64,000 nt of DNA, from NCBI GenBank assembly GCA_038087875.1, contig CM075990.1, forward strand, positions 13,330,001 through 13,394,000. Reading direction: 5' to 3'. A model generated the notes under the pieces. That model ran no database searches, was not told the origin of the DNA, and saw only the letters and a list, made by a program, of their open reading frames with translations. Within the stretch, counting starts at the first letter, position 1, and each line of letters starts with the position of its first letter. The position numbers were made by a program, and so were the translations under genes. Source of the stretch: Malacoraja senta. Taxonomy: Eukaryota. Shown here piece after piece: positions 24,101 through 36,100 of the stretch.

Positions 24101-27100
24101 CAAACCCATCTCAGCAGTCACTTTGTGAAATTAAGCAAAGCCATCGGGTGAAAGGGGAAAGATTAAAATGAATAATTAATTATTTCACATTAAAAATTAA
24201 AATGCAACTACTTATTTCCAATGCACAAACAGTAAATCAAAATTCTTTCAAATCCATGGGCAGTGGTTCACAAATTGAATTTTCAACCAAGCACACAACA
24301 AATTTTACTTACGTAAAATAACCAGGTGGCAATCCTGTTCCCCGTGCCCAGCTCTTTGAAAGCATCAGGTTCGTCTTTCTACATTGAAACAAGAGAATCT
24401 TTAACAGTTGTAGCTGTTGCTATACCTATACCATAGGCCGTGGCATTTTTCAATTTCAAGCATTAACAATTACTTAATGGACAATTTATGTACAATTCCT
24501 TTTTCTGCATTTTCGTGAGAAGCTCTAATGCATACATACTTTGACAAATGGATTCATTTATCTCGTAAAGTAGTAGATAAAGCAAATGTACATAAACAAA
24601 TATTTGCATATAATTTTTTTCGCAGACCTCAATTTGAGGGTTACAGCAATTTGTTCCAGTAGCACGATGCAGAGCAAGCAAAATTAAACCATGAACCAAC
24701 AACAAATTACTCAGCTTCCATCTCTGCATTTTGAATTCAAAAATTTCAGATCAGATTTCTGTTTCTCAGCTCTGATTCACTTGATGCAAGGTTATCAGAC
24801 CTAATTTGCATATTGTGTAGGAAGGAACTACATCCACCACTCTCTCTTAGGCAGGACCGACATCATTTGTCATTGGGCTTCTCCACCCTACTTTTTGCAT
24901 ATCTTTCATTCTCTCGTTTCCCTTTCCCATGACTATCAGGCTGAAGAAGGGTCTCGACCCGAAACGTCACCCACTCCTTCTCTCCAGAAATGCTGCTTGT
25001 AACGCTGAGTTACTCCAGCGTTTTGTGTCTATCAGTCATTCTCTTTATTGTCTGTGAAGCTTAATGTGCATGTTTTCTTACTTGCACAGTTCTGATGAAA
25101 GTTTTCGATCTGAAATGTTGATTTTGTCTCACTGCAGATGCTGTCGGACTCAATGACGACCTCCATTATTTTCTGTTTTGCAAGACGCATCCAGTGCTAC
25201 ATTGAACTGGGATTTGAGTCTGCCTTCCATCCTGCGTGTATTTTGAGTTACCTTCTGGATTTACGTGCTACTTCCCTTGCCACTATTCTCTTCACGATTT
25301 GTGCAAATCTCATCTTATTTTTAAGTTTACATCATTCAGGTCAACCATGCACCTGATATCTTATTATAACTTACTCATATGTAGACAAAAATGCTGGAGA
25401 AACTCAGCGGGTGAGGCAGCATCTATGGAGTGAAGGAAGAGGCGACGTTTCGGGAAGGATCTCGACCCGAAACGTCGCATATTCCTTCTCCCCATAGATG
25501 CTGCCTCACCCGCTGAAATTCTCCAGCATTTTTGTCCACCGATTTTTCCAGCATCTGCAGTTCCTTCTTAAACAAAACTTAATCATAAGTTGTTTTTCAG
25601 AGATTTCTGGTGGCCAACTCCTGTTCAATAATGGACACTTTCAAAAGCAACAAATAACATTCAAAAGCAAATTCGTGGTCCTAATCTCCAATTTATTATC
25701 AAGGGGAAGCATTTTCTGACCCAGAATCCAGAATCCCAGTGCTGGATTCTATCAAATGTTAATTTGAATGCATGGAAGGACTATAGTTGATGGCCTTTGG
25801 TGCTAATCAGGGTAATCTGTTATTTACCAAGAACAATGTGCAAAGCAACAGGCTTGTAATTTGAAACAGAATGTTTTTTGTTTTACAAAATATTGTTGGA
25901 TTTTGCATGGTTAATTTTGCATTAGCTCATGCCAAATGTTTGAACATTGCGACGAGGAACAAAAACCCACATTAGCAAGGTTATAATAATTATGCAGCAA
26001 GTGCCTGGAATATAACCAAGATCATTTGATCCATATAAAATTAAGCAGTCAGCATTAATAGGCAACATGTTGATCAACATGTGAGATATCACTACACCAT
26101 GAAAATTAGCTAATTAGAATTTTTTAACACAGTGATAATGAAATGCCAGCATGTCGAGAAGTAAAAGAAATGAAATACAGCAATGATCTCATCAATAATA
26201 CTGTGGTCAAACCATATCAGTCATTACTTCTCAGAGGTGTTGACAAACGGAATATCCATACGCTATTTATTAAAATATGCAGGTTTGACAACACACTCCA
26301 AAATCCAGTTAGCAAGTCAGTAAGGCAAAATGGTGGCCGATGCCAATTTTAAACTTATGGCATTCTCCCTCCACAACAGCAAAAACTATCACCAAGATTG
26401 CAGAGATAGAATGTTCTGGATTCACACTGATCAATCAATATGACTTTGACCAAATTTAATGCTGCCCTGAGAGTGACAGAAAGTAGAGCTTGGAAACAAA
26501 GCCATTTGGCCCAGCTTGTCCATGCTGATCAGTGGGCACCCTGCTGTATTAATCCCACCTCCCAGCACCTGGTCCACAGCTGAAGCAATTCAAGTGCCCA
26601 TTGAAGACACTTCTTCCATGCTATCAGCAACTCAGCTTCAACTACTACGTTTCTGGTACTTACCACTCTCTGGGTGAAGATTTCCCTTATACCCCCTTTA
26701 AATCTCTGCTCCTCTTTACCCTAAGTACGTGCCCTTTTATACCCCTCATAATTGTATATAGTTCAATCATGTCTCCTCTTCCACTCCCACACCTAGTTTC
26801 TCTAGCCTTTCCTCACAACTGATCTGCTCCATCCCAGACAACATCTCCTCAGCACCCTCTCCAATGCTATCACATGTTCCTACAGCAGGCTGATCAGAAC
26901 TGCAGGCCGTAGTGTGCAGCTGAGGTGCGACCAAGGTTTAAGAAAGTTGAAGCATAACTTCCCTACTTGTGTGTTCAATGCACTGACAAATGAAAGCCAG
27001 TATTCCGTATGCTCTCCTAACCTTGCGCAATGTTATTGATTAGGGCTGCTTTATCTATGCAAAAGCATTGCAGCGATGCAACTTTTGTGACTCTACTTGC

Positions 27101-30100
27101 CCGTGCAAAGTCATGATGAGGCTCATACTGCCCACCCACGCCATAATTAGCCACCTGAAAAAGAAATAAGTGGTGACAAAGAGTTGAAAAATAACACTTA
27201 CCCGTCCAAAATCAAAATGAGGTTCATACTGGCCCCCAACCCCATAATTGGCCACCTGTTCAAAATGAGAGGTTACAGAGAACCAGTCAAACGCTCAGTA
27301 TTTCTCAGCGAACAATTCACAGGATTAAGATAAAACCAAATGTATAGTTACACGTCAGTGGCACACAGGTTTACCAGTCATGACAGAGGCTTCTTTTAAA
27401 CTGGAGTTGGGATTTACACTTGGCATTGTATTTTAATTGCACTAACATCAACACATTAGACCTGTTCTAACAAAATCCAACATCTTGCATCTCCACAGTT
27501 AATCAGATTTTTCTTTTGCATTAATTATAATGATGGTTGAGGAAATACTAATGTTCACTGTTATATCATAACAGCAACTGTTTCATAGTCCAACTTCCTC
27601 CTGTGACAAAAAATAATCATGGACATGATTTAAGGTCCAGGCAAAGACAAATTTTCCCTGTCAAGCTAGTTTAAATGGAGTTTAATGTGAATATTTAATG
27701 TGCTAACATCATGGAGTAATAGCGATGGTACTGTAAACATAATGGAATATGCATCATCTTTATTGGTGAAAATTCTTCCAACATTTAAAATGAAGAATAT
27801 TCATGGGTCAGAGGGCAGTGGAGAAAAGTAACTTCCATTTGTAACTCCACAAATACTGCCACAAATTACCTCCATTATTTCTGCGTTCCAGAATCTCTGG
27901 TATTTTGCTTTATCTCAGGTACTGAAATTAGGTGGGACGCAGCCTTCAAGCCACTTACTTAATTAACTCTTTTCGCAAAGAATTCTACCTTAACTCAATG
28001 CTACTAGTTAGTTTAGTTTATTGTCACGTGTGCTGAGGTACACTGAAAAGCTTTTGTTGAACAGCTTTGTGGAGCACTGCAGTTCAAATTCTGCTAGTTT
28101 TTAAATGTATATGCACACCAAGTGTCTGTTGCTGTCATTCAGATAAATACTCACTGTCTTATTTATGAGGACCTAATCCCAGTTCTCCAAGATCTTTTTG
28201 CTCAATGTTCAGTTCAGCACCTACCTGTAGCTCTTCTGCTGTGGAAACATCAAGACCCGTGAGATCTTGTATCCGCTTGTTAATTTTGTTTATTACGGGA
28301 TCTTCATAACCTGACAGCCAAGCACTGGGCAGAAGCAAAAACATGTTCAAGTTAATGTCCTACATATTTTCACCTGTACTCTCATTTAATGTATCACAAC
28401 ACATTTCCTACCCGCGTTCATACATTCTTAACTAGTTGTAACTACGCACTTCAAAGTCTTAACCTAGTTAGATTTCTTCGGGTATGAAAATGATCAAATT
28501 AAATAATTTTAGAATGATCCTCAACAACATAAGATCTCCCTCGGCATTTTAACCCGTTAATCATTGCTTGGTATGGGCAGGGAGGTTAGTCCACAGAAAA
28601 GTTCTGATGAATGCAGATTCGTCTCAAATTTAGACAGCTACATTATTCAATGACCAACTCATGGATAAAAAAATCACAAATAATACCGGGGGAGATCAAT
28701 TTCATATTCCATATCATGCCCTTATGAAAAAGGCGGCAGCTATTTGGCCCGTCAAGTCTATGACAGGTCTCACTTTGGCCCATGTTAATCCTTTCACTTA
28801 TTTCCCCGATTCCATTAATTGTGCTCAGACGCCACTGTCACGGCACTAGGCATTCATAACACATCTACAATTACAGCTAAGTCAATATTCAAAGATAATA
28901 GAAACATAGAAAATAGGTGCAGGAGGAGGCCATTCGGCCCTTTGAGCCAGCACTGCCATTCATTGTGATCATGGCTGATCGTCCCCAATCAATAACCCGT
29001 GCCTGCCTATTCCCCATATCCCTCGACTCCACTAGCCCCTAGAGCTCTATCTAACGCTCTCTTAAATCCATCCAGTGACTTGGCCTCCACTGCCCTCTGT
29101 GGCAGGGAATTCCACAAATTCACAACTCTCCGGGTGAAAAAGCTTTTTCTCACCTCAGTCTTAAATGACCTCCCCTTTATTCTAAGACGGTGGCCCCTGG
29201 TTCTGGACTCGCCCCACATTGGGAACATTTTTCTGTAATGCTAACAATGTTTTCAGTTTCCTCCCACCCTCCAAAGACGTACAGGTTTGTAGGTTACTTG
29301 GCTTGGTAAATGTAAAAATTGTCCCTAGTGGGTGTAGGATAGTGTTAATGTGCGGAGATCGCTGGTCGGCGCGGACCCGGTGGGCCTGTTTCCGCACTGT
29401 ATCTCTAAACTAAACTACGGGAAGGAATTGTGTGTGGAGCGAGAGAGGAAGCAATGAGGAAAAGCTTCAAATTTAGTTTAATAATAATAATAATAATACT
29501 TTATTGATCCCCTCAGGGAAATTCAGAGAAATGAGAATAATGAGAAATACTAGGGGAAATGATCACCTAAGGTATAACCACACACAAATAAACCACAGAT
29601 AATTATCATTTCTTGATTACACTGATGTTGCTGCATCATCCTTTTCGGTTTTACTGAACAGTGTTTGAAATAATTGGAATAATTTAATTTTCTCACCACA
29701 TACAATAACAATGGAACTTGCTTACAGCAGATGTTCAATGACTTAAAAATACAAATTCCAAGTAAAAGACCATCCAATCTGGTTGCAACAGGTCTACCAG
29801 CCAACTCTATGCAATAAACTGCCTTCTGAGTTGGAGGCTTGTGACCCTAACCTCACTACAGAGATTTATATAATCTGGGTTGGTACTTAACTGATCATTG
29901 GGAAGGCACTTTGTAAATGATCTGATCAAGTGTCTCGAGATATTTTTATTACATTAAAAATGGTGGTTATTATTGTTTGAGAAGATGTTAAATAAAACCT
30001 ACTTGCCCTGTTAGTTTGGCACAATACTATTCAAGAGGTTTTTACTGGGTTGTGGCTAATAGCCATCTCTCAACAGGCATCATTACTATCAAGTTATTGG

Positions 30101-33100
30101 GATATTTATCATTGGCCATTTGAAAGGCCTTGTTTTTTGTGAATTGGCTGCTACATTGTCAAAATTACAGCAGTGACTCCACTTGAAAACAACTTCACTT
30201 TTTGTGAAGCATCTGAAAACACAAGGAAAGTGCACCTTAGCTGACTATACGTAGAAGCTTTACTGAAACGAATGGCATATATTTGAACAGTAACTTTGCA
30301 CTAGAATTAGAATTAAACATTGCCATCTCACTACTACCTGTACACTGTAAAGCAAGAGCGTGACACAATATGAAACAGCATGAAACGGTTTCAACAATAA
30401 ATACTGTGAATACCAGGAGAAATGCATTGCCGACAAACTATTTGCTTAGAGGAACTTCAGAGGTACTAGATGTTTGTCGAAAACTATTCCAATCCAGATA
30501 CCTGAAATCACTGAGAGCCAAACGTATATGAAATGTTCGTAATAAATACGTGCTGACATACATAAATAGCTGTTTTATCTCACTCTAAACTGACCTTAGA
30601 AGTGCAGTAAGCTTGAAATTAAGATTACATGATGGTAGCAGTGGAGAATGAGTGTATTCTTTGGGTTAAACTTTTTCAGGTGAAGCATTTCCATTTCAAG
30701 ATTCAATCGAACAAAACTTTCAGATGTCAAATGAATAAAGGACCATTGAATCATCGAATAAAAATGATAGCATTGTGAATACACTGAATTAATTTTGCAT
30801 GGGAACTAACTTGCTTGATCAACTGAAGGCATTCATACCTTTATTAGACCTGCACTCCAGTGCTGACAGTATGTCCCTCAAGTTCTCTGCCAAATAATCC
30901 AGCCCATAAATTCTAGCCTATACTTGTCAATTCAAAACCAGAGCTACATTTTATATACTTACTCAACTATTTGACATTTTGAAAGTTGAGTTTGTCATGG
31001 CATGTTTTTATGTTAGTCGCATTGGTAAATAAATATGCATGCCACAGCACCAACATCTGTCTGAATCTATATATAATTAAGAGCCTCACTTTTAAAACAG
31101 TTTGCGACCCAAGACTTCACATTAAATACTGAAGCAACTCAATGAACAATGAACTCAATGATCTTGAATTTCCATGCAAGAGCAAATAACATGAGTTTAG
31201 TTTGTTCCTATCCTGTGTCATTTCCAGCTTCTATGACAAAGTAGCAATCCTGATGGTGACGTACAGCAAGAAAAAAGATTATTTGTAGCTACTGAATAAT
31301 TTAATGCTATGAGGAAAATAAAAATAAAAATTAAAAGAATATCTGTGGGGAAGGGTAAACCTAAGGAAATGGATTTGGAGGCATACAGAAGTTATCTGAA
31401 TGGATATCTCTAATTAAAATTGCCTGCAGTTTTATAGACTGAACTAATATTATCAATCAACAATTGAAGTTGAAATGATTTTTATATGTCCATTCAAACA
31501 CACATTTAGATAATTCATACATTTATTTTTGTATGTTATATTAGCATAACTATGAAAAACAAAATTTACACTCCCATCAAAATAATCTCTGAATCCAACC
31601 AGTCCCAGAAATGTAGCCTTGCTCTCTTTGCTACGAATACTGTATGCCAACAAATGCTTGGGCTGTTGTCAGTCTCCGAAGGTGAACAGTCTCCAAGTTC
31701 TTCACTGTTCCAAGAAAATGACACCATAAACAATGTCAAATCAGGTACCTGGCTGCATAAACTACTGCATTTGATGAAGATAGATTCCCCTTTAAAGGAT
31801 AATGCTTTTGATTCAAGTAAAATACGAGGTTTCCTTACCTCGCTCCATTTCACAGCTGTTAAAATTATTTCCTGTTTTCTCTGAGCTTGAACTGCTTGCA
31901 TAGACACATAACAGAGCACAAAGTAAAATTAACTTAAGTCTTTGCCAAATATAAAGTGCTGCACTGCACACAGAATCATTTTCCATCTGTAATCTGTGTG
32001 CAGCAGGCAGAAATGCACATTCACATCAACTCTGGTGTGCACATTAACCTAACGTGCAATCTTGATAATATATTTAACGAATCTTTGCAAGAAAATTCGA
32101 GAGCAGCTGATTAAAACCATGATAAAATCTGTTGCACACAAAAACTCCCGACTCCAAGGTATTGAAAATAACTAACCATACACAGAAAGCAGAATTCAAA
32201 TCATCTTCAGAGATTCTGTCTAAAGTCTTACTGGTAATCCATCAGAAAATGGCCAGAACTCAGCTGTGTCAGGTCTCATTGGTTAGTATGAACCCTTATG
32301 AATAGATAAATCTAGCATCTACTTTTTCCAGGTAAACGTGATTAAAGGTGAACAGAACTGATATGGCCCTTCTCTTGGGCTCATTTGAATACAGTATGGA
32401 ATTTCACAGGTGGGAGTTTGCCACAAAGAGCGTGTGTTCAATCAAGGAATGTTTAGATTTCCTAAAGATAGTGTTATTTTGTTCACTGTGAAGGATTACA
32501 TCTCTGCGGCAATCTTTATTTTCATCCACGCCTTAAATAATGCGGCTGAGTAAGGTGGCTAATGTGACTCATTCAATTTCAAACTGCAAGGTAAATAACG
32601 TTAGAAATGACTGCAAAAGCATTTATCTAAAACAAAAAATTGAATACGAGCTAGCTATTCTATTGTTCCCAATCCTTGTCCTTAACTAGGCTGCATTGCA
32701 GCTGTAGACACAAAATGCTGGAGTAACTCAGCGGGTGAGGCTGCATCTATGGAGAGATGGAATAGGTGACGTTTTTGGTCGAGAGCCTTCTTCAGACAGA
32801 ACTGAAGACCCATCTTCAGTTGTAGATAGCATCCAAAGTGATTTTCAATTGTTAATTGGCTATCTACTCAAGAGTAGGTGCAAATAAGGTCTCTTCTCTA
32901 GGAGTCATCTCAAGGGCATGAGAGATCTTGGCAAAAAGATGCTTCAATAAAGCACAGGTGGCATGCCAAATGTCATGGAATTTGGTGTAGCTGGGCCATA
33001 CATTTGAATTGAATTGAATTAGACTTTATTATTGCACAGAGATAGGGTAAATGGTAGTTTTTGAACAACAGTAAAATCTGAAGAAGGGTCTCAACCCGAA

Positions 33101-36100
33101 ACATTACTCCAGAGATGCTGCCTGTCCCGCTGACTTACTCCAGCATGTTGTGTCCATCTTCATTTTAAACCAGCATCTGCAATTCCTTCCTACACAGTAA
33201 ATAACTTGTTCTTTGAATCTAAATGCAGTCCTACCCCCCAGTGGGTTGTCAGCCCAATGTCCTGAATAACTTTTATTTGCTGTTCTTTCATCACATATAT
33301 ATTTTACAAAGCTGGTGTCAAATTGCACACTTTACTAACTCCTAACACAGTGCTACTGCTTTTGGGAACACATCTACCATGTAAAAGGAGGGCTGCGTAC
33401 TTTAAAATAAACCAGCTCTGCAGATTTGTAAAGACAAATTCCTGGAACAAGTCAAGGTAAAAGGCACACTCAATATATCCAGAGTCCATAATGTTTTGAT
33501 CAGAGATTATCACCCTTGATCTCCTACATTAAAACTACAAAATTATTCTATTTTACTATTTGTGCAAGACAATCAGTCACACTTGCAAGTTTCCTGTGGC
33601 TGAAGGCAATTCCAAAATAAACATCAGTAAAGTACATGACAGTGAAGATATACAGTGTCCTCCATAATGTTTGGGACAAAGACACATCATTTATTTATTT
33701 GCCTCTGTACTCCACAATTTGAGATTTGTAATAGAAAAAAACATGTGGTTAAAGTGTACATTGTCAAATTTTAATAAAGGCAATATTTATACATTTTGGT
33801 TTCACCATGTAGAAATTACAGCAGTGTTTAAATAAATGATGGGTCTTTGTCCTAACCATTATGGAGGGCACTGTAAATATGGATACAGGATCTTCGGCCC
33901 AACTCGTCCAAGGTATGAACTGCCTTCTTAAAGGCCTGCAGTATGTGAATCAAAGATTTCTTTCAGTGCCACAGAAAATATTGAAGGAGTGATGATTTTC
34001 TTCCAAGTCAGGATTCAGGTATATTTGAAGGGGATGTCAAAATGGTGACTGGGGCAATTACAAAGCTCTACATAAAACACATTTAGGTGAATGTACTAAA
34101 AGAGGCTGCCCTTCTTTTTAAAGACATCTTAAATATTCCATCCTTCAACGGTAACAATAACGTGTAGTGAGATTTAGGTGGCTCCAGGATGAGGGTCAGC
34201 CAGCCATAGCTACCTTCATTATGTTGGCCAAGTTATCTTTTTTTTAGATGTGTTTACTGGCTTCCATCAGCCAATATGGTAACCAGAAGCTGGCTCAAGC
34301 TCTTTATTTTCTGCATATCAACAATATCTGCACTTTGCTGGAAAGAATGGGGTTTTCAGTCGATTGACACTCATCCCATAGCTCTCTGTTTAATCAGCAT
34401 GTCAAATAGTAAAGGTTTTCCCAAGGTTACCACATCTGAATATCAGCGAAGACCAGAGCTGAAGGCTTTCTAAACACAAGCTTTATTCTGAAATGCTGAT
34501 CACTGGTTGGAATCATCCACAAGCCAACAAAGCTGGAGATAAACCAGAGGTACTAAAACTATTTATGTAGACTAACAAAGTGTACACATGTACAGGAAAA
34601 TTACCAATCTAAGATCCCACTCAGCTCAAATTAAAAATGGAGAAACAAGGAACTGCATGCAGATGCTGGTTTACAAAAAAAGACAGTGCCTGGAAGACAT
34701 GGATAGATGTTGCTTCAGACTGATTGTAGTGGGCCCGGGATAAAGCTGGATTGGGGCAGTACAAACTCTGGCAGCTCTTGGTGGATACAGGTGAAGGGAG
34801 GTTTGAATGGCAGATGGGTGGACAAAGGCTAACAATGCAAAGGAGACAAAGAAGGTATAAGGTAAAGAGAGAAGTGAAATACGAAGCCAGAGGGGAAGGA
34901 TTAGAGGTATAAGGGGATGGGAGAAGGCAAAAGGGGGGGGGAGATTAGTTGGTGATATGGGTCACATCCCAGTGGGGCACAGGGAAGAGAGGGGGGGAAA
35001 AGGGGGGTGGTTTCCTATAATAAGAGAATTCAATGTTCATACCGTTGGGCTGTCAGCTGTCCAATTAAAGTTGCCCATTTATTTCCAGCTCTTGGCTGAA
35101 TGCTGTATCAGGCAGAAAGCCCTGGCAAGAATGTTTCATGTTCAAACTTCAGGTGCCACCCTTTGGCCAAAATTAAACATAAGAACTAGATGAATAGCGG
35201 ATAAGCAGAATAATGTAACAAGGCCACTAATTAATATCAGTATCGACACAAAGTACATTCCATAGGGAGAACCTGAACAGATCCTTAAAAAGTATTCACA
35301 TTAGCATTGAAACACAATGGGCAAAACCACAGAGATCAGTAAGTAAAGAAACAAACTTCAGTTCATTAATTATCCCCAGTTAATTTCTGCAAGATACTTC
35401 CGATAATGCTGTGCAGCTTGTTTTACTGCACGTCAGAAGTTATTGCTAAGAATCCCCTGCAAATTTTTGACCAACAATCAAAAATCACTCCTGTAGCTAA
35501 AGTGAAAAGACAAATGGGCACAAGAAATTTAGATTTATATATCCAAGTTTAAAGCCAGTGGGAATCTTTCAATGACCTGAAACATTAACTCAATTTCTCT
35601 TTACACTGATGCTGCCTGATTTGCCCGAATTTTTTAAATATTTCAAATTTTCAGCAACTATATACATCAGTCTGTTCGAGATTTCTACAATAATGTGATG
35701 GACAGTTAACATATTCATTATAGGGCAGAACTGGTTGGTATTGATTTATTATTGCCATGAGCACTGAGATACAGTGGAAAAACTTGCCTGCCAACCAGTC
35801 CAATTATACTGTACACGAGTACAATCAAACCACACACAAGTAAAACCCCAAAATACCAGAGTACAGAATAAGTGTTACAGCATTACAGTTACAGAGAATG
35901 TGCAGATAAAAGTGCAAGCTCTTTAATGAAGTAGGTACTGAGATTAAGGTTCTAAGATTTAGAAAAGAATGAGACACTGTAAATTAATATCCTTGCATCC
36001 AATGAAACCGTCATTGTTGAAATGTAAAAAACTATTCTTAATTGCACAGAACAAAGTCCCCATATTGGTGGTCACTGATCCATAGAGGTAAACCGCGCAG

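Noticed and set aside
20000-27050. A P4HA2-like alternative copy of exon 13 (GNRxATxLxY)
   Set aside because: Only one copy (24313-24378) found by eye; a diverged copy cannot be fully excluded without TBLASTN.
31552-31919. Overlapping 110-117 aa ORFs on both strands
   Set aside because: No recognisable domain or splice-compatible structure; chance intronic ORFs.
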